A stretch of DNA of 51,358 nucleotides from the NCBI GenBank assembly GCA_044070495.1, contig JBIPSI010000035.1, positions 1-51,358 on the forward strand, read 5' to 3'. Both the position numbers and the translations under genes were made by a program. This document shows, piece by piece, positions 9,842 through 17,752 of this stretch. This DNA is from Spirulina sp. GTDB taxonomy: Bacteria; Cyanobacteriota; Cyanobacteriia; Phormidesmidales; Phormidesmidaceae. Positions within the stretch are counted from its first letter, which is position 1; every line of letters begins with the position of its first letter. A model generated the notes under the pieces. That model was given only the letters and a program-made list of their open reading frames with translations. It was not told the origin of the DNA and made no database searches.

Positions 9842-11058
9842 TTTTGCTCTCTTTCGCTGCCCACCCCTTCATCTCCCTTTGTCCTATGAGCCACGCCACC
9901 GAGTCCACTGAATTTGAGTTTGAGCCTAGCCGCGCCACCACCGTCACGCTTTCAACCGCCGCTATCGACTGGGCCGTGCGGGCCTGTCAGCAAGACCCCA
10001 ACGAGGCGCAGCAGTGGCAGACCTTTCTGCGGGCCATGGCGGTTCAGGGTCTACAGGCGTGGCTAGAATCTGGGGCTGATGATCTCTCCCTGTACGGTGG
10101 GGCCGACCACCTGCCGCTCCCAGATTCTCTCTACAGGGTCAACGATTTTCGGCTGGCCATCGTGGCCCAGGGTAGCCTCAGCGATGATGTGGTGACAATT
10201 CCCCAAAGCAGCCTGGACGATACCAACCACTTTGCCCACCTCTACATCTTGGCTGAAGTCCATGAAGAGGCGGATCAAGTCACGATTCTGGCTGGGCTAC
10301 GGCGCGATCACCTCCTGGCCCATCAGCACAGGGGCGACCTCATCCCCCAAGCCGATGGCACGTATATCGTACCTGTGGCCTACTTCGAGAGTTCTCCCGA
10401 AGACATCCTGCTCTACCTAACCTGCCTCAATCCTGAACAACTGGCGGCATCCAGCCCCGCTACAGCCCCGACCCAGACGGCTACGGCACCCTCCCTCCTG
10501 ACACAATCGGGACAGCCGCCACAGCCTACACTCACCCAACCGGTGGAGCGCCTAATTAATGCAGGCCGCTGGCTGCGCGACCAACTCGACACCGTGGCCG
10601 ATGGGCTGGCCTGGAACCTGCTGCTACCCTTGGCCCCCGCCCATGCCATGATGTCCGTCAGCACCCCCGCCGAACAGCTAGAGGCCGTCTTGCGACAGCT
10701 TGCCCCCCAGGGTGTCACCATTCCCAGCACCGCCCGAGGAGCCTACACCGACCTCCAGCGCGTGGGTCTACCCTTCCGACTCTACGCCCTGACTTGGACA
10801 TTATTTGAATCTTCCCCACCGGAATGGTCGCTGATTTTCTTCCTGGGGCCATTGCCTGGGGAGCAGCTACCGCCCGATCTCCGCCTGGTGGTACGCGATG
10901 CGGAGATCATTTTGGTCAGCCAAACCCCAGGCCCGGATCTGTCCTACCTCTATGCCCAAGTGATCGGCACCTGGGACGAGCAGTTCACCGTCACTATTGA
11001 AATGCCCAACGGATCTACCTTAAACTGGCCCCCCTTTGCCTTTCAGCCGGAGGTTTAG
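9838..11058 (+). CDS. DUF1822-family protein (candidate anti-sigma partner)
   Basis: ATGA overlap with upstream stop; AHLYILAEVHEEADQVTILAGL and C-terminal YLYAQVIGTWDEQFTVTI..LNWPPF resemble DUF1822; alternative start near 9886. Confidence 0.75.
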   Translation: MILLSFAAHPFISLCPMSHATESTEFEFEPSRATTVTLSTAAIDWAVRACQQDPNEAQQWQTFLRAMAVQGLQAWLESGADDLSLYGGADHLPLPDSLYRVNDFRLAIVAQGSLSDDVVTIPQSSLDDTNHFAHLYILAEVHEEADQVTILAGLRRDHLLAHQHRGDLIPQADGTYIVPVAYFESSPEDILLYLTCLNPEQLAASSPATAPTQTATAPSLLTQSGQPPQPTLTQPVERLINAGRWLRDQLDTVADGLAWNLLLPLAPAHAMMSVSTPAEQLEAVLRQLAPQGVTIPSTARGAYTDLQRVGLPFRLYALTWTLFESSPPEWSLIFFLGPLPGEQLPPDLRLVVRDAEIILVSQTPGPDLSYLYAQVIGTWDEQFTVTIEMPNGSTLNWPPFAFQPEV

Positions 11059-11588
11059 GGGAACGGCAGAGATTGTCTCTAGGAGACGTTCAAAGCTAGG
11101 AATGGATCAAACATTAGACGAGTGGCGACGGTTTTATGAACCACTCTTTATCCTGGGCCACGACCATATCACCCGCAGCACAGCATCAGACAATGGTGCT
11201 GTGTTTTCAGTGTTCCCATCTCATCTGTTTGCTGAAGACGGTGGAGATGGTATCCCACGAGCTATCGTCAGCAATGGCAAGGCGGTCTGGCCACTAGCCA
11301 GAGGGGGATAGATTGCCAAGAGCCAAGAGATTGCCCATCCCATAGCAGTTGGTAGCTGGGTTCGGACATAACCGGGGCAGTGATATCAAATCCGGCTTAT
11401 TAACTCCCGATATCATCAGGCGAGGAGACTTTTTCCCTACGGTTTGCTGAACTGGAGATCGAGGTTGTCCAATTCGGACTTGCTCTAAACATAGATTTTT
11501 ATCCTTGGGGATGTCGCGCTAACGACATGGACAATTGATATGAACGGTTATTTCCATAACGGCAGCAATAAGGAGCTGCGGTTGTTTT

Positions 11589-11735
11589 TATAGCGGTTCT
11601 CGGTTCAGTGAGGTACAGCTTTTTTGGCTTCAGATCCCCCCAGGTTCTATCTGTAGTCGATTTATCTTTCACCCCCCTTAATAAGGGGACGGGGGGATCT
11701 TCACGGTGCACTTCATTCAAGTGAAATTCGCTATA
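11589..11735. mobile_element. MITE-like palindromic element
   Basis: Imperfect terminal IRs TATAGCGGTTCTCGGTTCAGTGAGGTACA ... TGCACTTCATTCAAGTGAAATTCGCTATA; inner IR AGATCCCCCC/GGGGGGATCT. Confidence 0.6.
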
Positions 11736-11990
11736 AATTCCCACCTTTGGAAGAAGGATGGATAGTTATTCCTGAATAATTGTGGCCTAGGGGCTGTTAT
11801 CCAATAATCTCAAATCTTGATCTTGCCTTCACTTTTCTGATGAAAAAAGGGTCTTAAGCTCCTTGTCTGGATAGCTAGAGTGTCGAAAAATCGTTGATCT
11901 CATCTAATTAATGACACGCTCTCATAAGCTCAGCTTTATTCAATCACCATGGCAGATTGCTGTTTTTCTTTGGGTATCAATTCATATAAC

Positions 11991-12025
11991 AAAAGGCGCG
12001 AGATGATTTCTCAAATCGCGCCTTT
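11991..12025 (-). terminator. Probable intrinsic terminator after the minus-strand S8 gene
   Basis: AAAGGCGCGA...TCGCGCCTTT stem, T-run on the minus strand, ~30 nt past stop 12057. Confidence 0.55.
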
Positions 12026-12056
12026 CCTGCCTAGGATAATTGCCTAGAGCTAACTG

Positions 12057-14561
12057 CTAGGCCGCGAGCGGTGTCCACAGGGCTTCCACCTGAAGCCTGC
12101 CTAGGGAGGCCAAATCTTCCTCCATCTCGGCCATCGGATTAAAGACCAGATCCGTTAGGGCCTGGTTCGCCAGGGAGGGCATGGCCTCGATCAGGCTATC
12201 AACGGTCACAACCAGAGGATTATTCTCCAGATTGGCGGCATCTTCGCCCCGTTCGGCCCAAGTGGGCATGGCTAGGGTGGTGGTGACGGCCATAGGATGA
12301 TCCATCACGGTCTTGATCGGGCTATCCATGGCTACAGCCAGGGGATTGTTCTCCAGATTGGCGACACCACTGCCCTGCTCCTCCCCGATAGGCATGGCTA
12401 GGGTGGTGGCGGCGGCTAGGAGGTGATCAATCACGGCAGTCGCCACCATTTCAGGAGCGCTAGCCTCGATGGGATCCTCCCAGGCCTCAGGGGCCAGAAC
12501 AGTGTTGGACACTAGGGACAGTGCCCAGGATCCCTGGGCTTCGGTTGTGCTGCGCAGGGACACCCCAGTTAGGGCCAGGGCACGGCGCACCGCCGCATCG
12601 GCATTCACCAAGCCCGCGCCATACTCTAGATCATAGCCAGGGAAGCCCAGATCCACCGCCGTCTGCTGCATGATGTTGTGGACTTGGGCGGCACTCAACA
12701 AGGGATTGGCACTCCACACCAAAGACGCCACGCCGCTGACATGGGGAGCTGCTGCCGAGGTGCCATTAAAGGGTGTGCCTGAGGGCGCATTGCCGTAGTA
12801 ACCAAAGCCCACATTGCCATTGCTGAGCACCGATGCCCGCGTGGTGATTACCTCGGAAGGTGCCATTAGCGATAGACCCATGCCATAGTTGCTGTAGTTG
12901 ATGCGAGTCCCGGGTGTGGTGGCTCGTCCGCTGGCGTCGTTGAGGCCCCAGGAGGCTCCCACCGCCACAACGTTGCTATAGATGTTGCTCAGGATGGCGG
13001 GGTAGGCCAGACGACCCTCGCTATCGTTGCCTGAGGACACCACAAATAAGGCGTTATCGAGGTTTTGGGCAATGAGCTGCTCCAGGGCTGGAATGGCCAT
13101 GCTGGTTTTCAGGCTCAGATTGACTACCAGCCGCTGGCCCGTTTCGCGGGTGTAGTTCAGCATGGATTGGGCCGCTGCATCCAGGCCAATTTGGTCGGGG
13201 CCAAAGACGTCAATGTTGAGCACCTCAGAGCGCCAGTTGAGGCCCGCCATGCCCGTGCCATTGTCCCCCGCAGCGGCCATGATGCCGTAGACTGCCGTGC
13301 CGTGGGAGGTGTTGCTAAACAAAAAATCGTCCTCCGAGTTGTTGTTGGGCGTGTAGAGCAGGGTGCGGCTAGGGTCGATATCCGGGTGTAGGTTGTCGCT
13401 GCGGTTGGTGCCTAACCCTGAGTCGATAATGCCCATGGCCACCGCAGACGACCCCTGGGTAAACCGCCAGGCTTGGTGAGCGCCAATCATGTGCATATTC
13501 CATTGCTGGCTATACAGCGGGTCGTTGGGCAGCGTCCCCTGGTTCAGGTTCAAAAAGCCATCCTGGAACTGAATGCCATCCAGCCCTTCTAGGAGGACGT
13601 GCTGGCCATTGCTAAGGCCCAGGGCATCAAAGACGCGACTGCCGTTGCCGGGGTCATAGATAACACCACCGCCCGATACCGTTGCCGGGTTCCAATAGAC
13701 GACGCTACTGCTGCTGATGGCGGACAGATCGAGCACATCGCGATCACCAAAGCCAAAGTCTACGTTGCCGTTACCGGAGACGATGGTGTAGGTGTTGGTG
13801 TCTGACAGGCTAAAGCTGTTGGCCCGTAGGTTGCCTGTGCGGGTGTGAATACCGCCCGTGGGGTTGGCTGCCGTATACAGGTTGTAGCTGGTGCTGCCAG
13901 TGAATTGTTCGACGGCAATGTAGTAGTTACCCGTCGCCAAGCCGCTAAAGGTGATGGCATCGACCTGAGTACCACTCCGGATCGACCTGGCCAGTACTTC
14001 ACCACTATCGACCCGCCCGTTACTGTTGGTATCACGGATGAGGTACAGGTCGGCATCGTTGCTGAGGCCCGCCAGCATTAGGTTAATGTCGCTGCGGGTA
14101 TCGAGACGGAAGCGGTAGAAGTCGAGGGGGTCGCTGCTGCTGACGCCGCCCTGAAAGGCCCGCCCGCCAATCAGCACACCAATATTATCTGCCGTAAAGA
14201 GGGTGTCGTTTTGGGTCGTGAGGTCAGTGGTGACCATCCCAACCCCGTCGAGGGCCATCCCCAGCAGGGTATCTTTAGGGCCAGCATCCGTAGTTCCAGG
14301 AGCAGGCGCAATTTGGCTTTCTGCTAGGGCAGCGGCCAGCACCGCACTCGCGCCATCAAACAGTTCAATAGAGGTAGATTGGCTAGCGCTGAGGGGCATA
14401 CCAGCACCAAGAGCCACGCCTGCATCTAGGCCGCTCAGGCCGGGGGTGGGTAGATCGCTCAGGCCATGGATCGCCAAGCTGCTATCGGGGCTGCCTGACA
14501 ACGGAGCAGCGGCACCTTCCAGGGGGCTGGCATGGGCCACCATCGAATCAATCTCGTACAT
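12057..14561 (-). CDS. S8 subtilase with N-terminal PPC-like domain
   Basis: Triad IIDSG / SHGTAV / GTSAAAPH; PPC-like DFYRF..GLSNDADLYL; start moved to 14561 because the promoter motif overlaps the ORF-track start. Confidence 0.9.
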   Translation of the reverse strand: MYEIDSMVAHASPLEGAAAPLSGSPDSSLAIHGLSDLPTPGLSGLDAGVALGAGMPLSASQSTSIELFDGASAVLAAALAESQIAPAPGTTDAGPKDTLLGMALDGVGMVTTDLTTQNDTLFTADNIGVLIGGRAFQGGVSSSDPLDFYRFRLDTRSDINLMLAGLSNDADLYLIRDTNSNGRVDSGEVLARSIRSGTQVDAITFSGLATGNYYIAVEQFTGSTSYNLYTAANPTGGIHTRTGNLRANSFSLSDTNTYTIVSGNGNVDFGFGDRDVLDLSAISSSSVVYWNPATVSGGGVIYDPGNGSRVFDALGLSNGQHVLLEGLDGIQFQDGFLNLNQGTLPNDPLYSQQWNMHMIGAHQAWRFTQGSSAVAMGIIDSGLGTNRSDNLHPDIDPSRTLLYTPNNNSEDDFLFSNTSHGTAVYGIMAAAGDNGTGMAGLNWRSEVLNIDVFGPDQIGLDAAAQSMLNYTRETGQRLVVNLSLKTSMAIPALEQLIAQNLDNALFVVSSGNDSEGRLAYPAILSNIYSNVVAVGASWGLNDASGRATTPGTRINYSNYGMGLSLMAPSEVITTRASVLSNGNVGFGYYGNAPSGTPFNGTSAAAPHVSGVASLVWSANPLLSAAQVHNIMQQTAVDLGFPGYDLEYGAGLVNADAAVRRALALTGVSLRSTTEAQGSWALSLVSNTVLAPEAWEDPIEASAPEMVATAVIDHLLAAATTLAMPIGEEQGSGVANLENNPLAVAMDSPIKTVMDHPMAVTTTLAMPTWAERGEDAANLENNPLVVTVDSLIEAMPSLANQALTDLVFNPMAEMEEDLASLGRLQVEALWTPLAA

Positions 14562-14608
14562 GGTTGTGCAATGGATAGACGACAGGTGAGTGGCCACTCG
14601 CCCATACC

Positions 14609-14635
14609 TACCCCCCGTGCCTTCGCACTTATTCA
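14609..14635 (-). promoter_or_regulatory. Island promoter motif copy, minus strand (TGAATAAG-N11-GGGGGGTA)
   Basis: 74 nt upstream of S8 ATG 14561. Confidence 0.55.
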
Positions 14636-14804
14636 CTTGCCTGAGTATTGAGCCAACCTTAACGGCAGGAAACTACCCCAAACGAAGGGCTGAAATGAAG
14701 GGCTACGCTGTTGCCAGGGCGTTAATATCCGTGGAACAAACCGATGGTTTACAGCGTTGGGAACCAAGGCCACGGGAGTTGAATGTGGGATTTCTGCGCC
14801 GATG

Positions 14805-14831
14805 TGAATAGGTTCTTCAGCGCCAGCCATA
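14805..14831 (+). promoter_or_regulatory. Island promoter motif copy (TGAATAGG-N11-CAGCCATA)
   Basis: 59 nt upstream of ATG 14864. Confidence 0.65.
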
Positions 14832-14863
14832 GGTCAGGGTGTCCCCCATTTCACCGTTGTTCC

Positions 14864-15586
14864 ATGAACGTCCAGCTATCGTTTCATTGCACCGTGGCCA
14901 CCCTCGCCCTCATCGTGGCCGATCTCGCCGCTTCACAGACGGCTGCGTCCCGCCAGGTTGCCCAAGCCCACCGCACCGAAGGGCTGCTCTACCTACAACT
15001 GGAACAATGGCCCCAGGCGATAGCCTGCTACCAAAAAGCGATTCCCGCCTTTCGCGCCGCCCAAGACTGGATGGGCCTAGGGCAAACCTGCTGCCACCTG
15101 GGAACCATGATGCTGCAACGCTATCAATATCAATCCGCCCGCCGCTGGGCCGACCTCGCCATCCACAGCGTTACCAAGGCCAGCCTCACCACCAAACACC
15201 CGACCGAGGTGCAAGCCCATTATGCGGCGGCACTGCACTTGCTGGGGCAGGTGAACTTCTGGGAGGGGCACTATGCCGTAGCGGTGAAACAGCTCGAACA
15301 GGTGCTCGCCATCCGCCAAGCGCTGCAAGACGAGGTGGGCGAAGCCCTAGCCCTGGTTGACCTCGGCCAGGTGTATCAAGCCCAGTCGCAATACTGGTAT
15401 GCCATCGCCTGCTACGAAGGGGCACTGGATATGGGGCAATCTTTGGAAGCTGTGTTTGAGGGCGGCTGGTTTGAGGCCAAGGTACGGCGACTGGTGGCAA
15501 AACTCTGCCGCACCTGTGGCCACTGGGATTTAGCCATCAAGCACCACCTAGAAGCCCTGGCGCTGGGGTCTAGCACCAGAGGGTAA
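14864..15586 (+). CDS. Stand-alone TPR protein
   Basis: TPR-like helices (LAIRQALQDEVGEALALVDLGQVY); start inferred from motif position. Confidence 0.8.
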   Translation: MNVQLSFHCTVATLALIVADLAASQTAASRQVAQAHRTEGLLYLQLEQWPQAIACYQKAIPAFRAAQDWMGLGQTCCHLGTMMLQRYQYQSARRWADLAIHSVTKASLTTKHPTEVQAHYAAALHLLGQVNFWEGHYAVAVKQLEQVLAIRQALQDEVGEALALVDLGQVYQAQSQYWYAIACYEGALDMGQSLEAVFEGGWFEAKVRRLVAKLCRTCGHWDLAIKHHLEALALGSSTRG

Positions 15587-15634
15587 GGAGAGTTGCATAC
15601 TCACGACTAATTCTAAAGATTGTCTGGGCCAGTC

Positions 15635-15661
15635 TGAATAAGTTCGGCTTGGCCAGGACTG
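15635..15661 (+). promoter_or_regulatory. Island promoter motif copy (TGAATAAG-N11-CAGGACTG)
   Basis: Upstream of the DUF928 remnant. Confidence 0.5.
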
Positions 15662-15769
15662 TAAAGGAGGGAATGCCCCCTTTGCCAACACCTACCCCCA
15701 AGAGGTTGCGATGAAAGCCCTTACCTTGGGGAAGCAGGAGCGCACGCTGGTTGGACTAAGTTTGAGATC

Positions 15770-16033
15770 ATGGATGACGATGCCTACGAGCAAATTGCCG
15801 CCGAGTTAGAAACTCTGGAGGCTTCTCTAGCGGCTGAGAATGCCGATGCTGAGACCGTCGCCCTAGCGCGAATGTCCTTTTTTGCTGAGCGAGGCCTCGC
15901 TGATGATGCCCTGCAGGAGCTATTCAGCATTGCAGAGCCTTCTCCAGAGATCTAGCAGCGGCAGGCTGAGGTGGTCAAGGGTGTTTGCTCTACCGAAGAG
16001 TCTGAGCAGGAAAAGCCTGACCAGACTGAATAA
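15770..16033 (+). pseudogene. DUF928-like C-terminal fragment with internal TAG
   Basis: EQIAAELETLE..AETVALARMSFFAERGLADDAL aligns with the C-terminus of 35347-36120; similarity continues past TAG 15953-15955 (QRQAEVVKGVCS vs TRQALVEAICS). Confidence 0.75.
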
Positions 16034-16053
16034 CTTCTCCTAGCCCAGACATA
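16027..16053 (+). promoter_or_regulatory. Island promoter motif copy (TGAATAAC-N11-CAGACATA)
   Basis: 64 nt upstream of ATG 16091. Confidence 0.7.
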
Positions 16054-16090
16054 GGTGAGAACAGATGCGTTGTTAGTAACAGTAACCCTC

Positions 16091-16615
16091 ATGTTCAAAC
16101 GATTTTTCGGTCGGCTCAGACGGGCAGTTTTGTTTGCTCTGGCTCTATGCCTGGGTTTTGGGCTGGTGATCGCCCCAAAGGCTCAGTTTTTTACGATCGC
16201 GCCTGACTCTCTGGCCCATGCCTCTGTTCACAAAGGCCCTACCCATATTGATAGGGAATGGATTGCGGCTAGCCCAGGTCGTTCTGTGCCAAATGTTCTT
16301 GATCAGCTTGAACCAGAATCACAAACCAATTCTGGCTGGTTTGGGAGGCTCTTTCGCAACTGGCTACCGTGGTCGGTGGCGTTGCCCCTGTTTTTGCTTT
16401 GGCAGGGAGCAGCTAGCATTCTCAGGCGGCGTTGCCCAAAGTGCTATCAATTTTCCCTAAAACGTACCATCACCACCTTGCAAGAGGCCACTCACATCAC
16501 CCCAGGCCGTCAGCGGGTTGATAGTCAATGTACAAGCTGCGACTATACGGCTACAGAAGTTCAACGGATTCCATCTTTTTCAGAGTATGGCGGTGATGGT
16601 GGCGGCGGCCAATAG
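16091..16615 (+). CDS. Membrane protein with C-terminal Zn-ribbon and Gly-rich tail (possibly an internally deleted TPM-domain protein)
   Basis: Hydrophobic leader, one further TM segment, CPKC...CTSC, tail GGDGGGGQ. Confidence 0.55.
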   Translation: MFKRFFGRLRRAVLFALALCLGFGLVIAPKAQFFTIAPDSLAHASVHKGPTHIDREWIAASPGRSVPNVLDQLEPESQTNSGWFGRLFRNWLPWSVALPLFLLWQGAASILRRRCPKCYQFSLKRTITTLQEATHITPGRQRVDSQCTSCDYTATEVQRIPSFSEYGGDGGGGQ

Positions 16616-16670
16616 CCGCACCTACTCATCCAGTGTTCATGTTTTTAATGCCTGCTTAGGAGTTCTATCC

Positions 16671-17624
16671 ATGACTCGTTTTCAGCGCCGTCGATTTTTG
16701 CAGTTCGCCAGTGCGCTTGGGTTGGCCTTGGCCCTTGGCCCTTTGACCCCAGCGACCCGGCCCAGCTACGCCCAGGCTGCTCCCCGCAAGCTGGCGCTAC
16801 TGATTGGCATTGATGAATACATCAATCCCCAAATTCGCCCTCTGCAGGGCTGCGTGACCGATGTAGAGTTGCAGCGGCGGCTATTGCGCGATCGCTATGG
16901 CTTTGCCGATACCGATATTCTCACTCTCACCAATGGCGAAGCCACCCAAGGGGCTATCTTGACGGCAATCGAGCAGCACCTGGTGCAGCAAGCCCAGCCG
17001 GGGGATGTGGTGGTGCTGCACTTTTCGGGCCATACCACTTACATTGCGGCAGCTGACTGCGAGGCTAGCGATTGTTGGATGGGGGTGCTGCTGCCGACGA
17101 ATGCTGAACCGTGGGAGGAAGGGGGTATGAGCCCGTCCTATGGTATTACCCAAGTAGCGCTGGAAGCAGCCCTTAGCCCCTTGGCTACGAACAATCTGAC
17201 GGTGGTGTTGGATGTGTTGTATGGCGGCAGCTTTGCAGCACAGGGGGAATTTTCTAAGGGGGTGCTGCTGGCGGCGTCTCTGGCAAACCAATTTTCAGCG
17301 GAAATTCCTTTGGAGGAGGGGTTTGCTGGGGCGTTTACCCACACGCTGACCCAGCATCTGTGGCAGCAGTCTGGCACTGAGTCGTTTGCGGAAGTGATGG
17401 CGTCGGTGATACCCGCTACCGAGGCATTGGCCAGACAGAACCGCATTGTGCAAACCCCAATCATGGTCACTGCCAGGGCCGACGATGCCCAGCAGCCGAT
17501 TTACTTTATGGCTCCGCTGGTGCCGACTGGGACTAGGCCAACTACAAGGCCATCGGCGAGACCGTTCACAAGGCGAAACCATGATCTAGACCCCTGGACT
17601 CGCCCCAGAACTTCACATCGTTAG
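16671..17624 (+). CDS. Tat-signal caspase-like (C14) protein, catalytic Cys absent
   Basis: FQRRRFLQ twin-Arg leader; KLALLIGIDEY, LQGCVTD, HFSGHT; VLDVLYG replaces VLDSC. Confidence 0.85.
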   Translation: MTRFQRRRFLQFASALGLALALGPLTPATRPSYAQAAPRKLALLIGIDEYINPQIRPLQGCVTDVELQRRLLRDRYGFADTDILTLTNGEATQGAILTAIEQHLVQQAQPGDVVVLHFSGHTTYIAAADCEASDCWMGVLLPTNAEPWEEGGMSPSYGITQVALEAALSPLATNNLTVVLDVLYGGSFAAQGEFSKGVLLAASLANQFSAEIPLEEGFAGAFTHTLTQHLWQQSGTESFAEVMASVIPATEALARQNRIVQTPIMVTARADDAQQPIYFMAPLVPTGTRPTTRPSARPFTRRNHDLDPWTRPRTSHR

Positions 17625-17693
17625 GCTAGGCTGGGCCATCGGGTTTTGGTTTATGAGGGATGGGTCGGTTTCTAAAAACTCTTGGGGCAAACG

Positions 17694-17720
17694 TGAATAA
17701 GCTCTGCTGTCCCGGCGATA
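17694..17720 (+). promoter_or_regulatory. Island promoter motif copy (TGAATAAG-N11-CGGCGATA)
   Basis: 59 nt upstream of ATG 17753. Confidence 0.65.
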
Positions 17721-17752
17721 TATGTCAGTGACGGGTTAACTCTACCGGAAGA

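Noticed and set aside
11036..11744. ORFs 11036-11311 and 11499-11744
   Set aside because: No recognisable domain; the latter reads through the MITE-like element
11773..11799. TGAATAAT-N11-GGCTGTTA as another promoter copy
   Set aside because: Poor second half-site and no downstream gene; likely chance in AT-rich DNA
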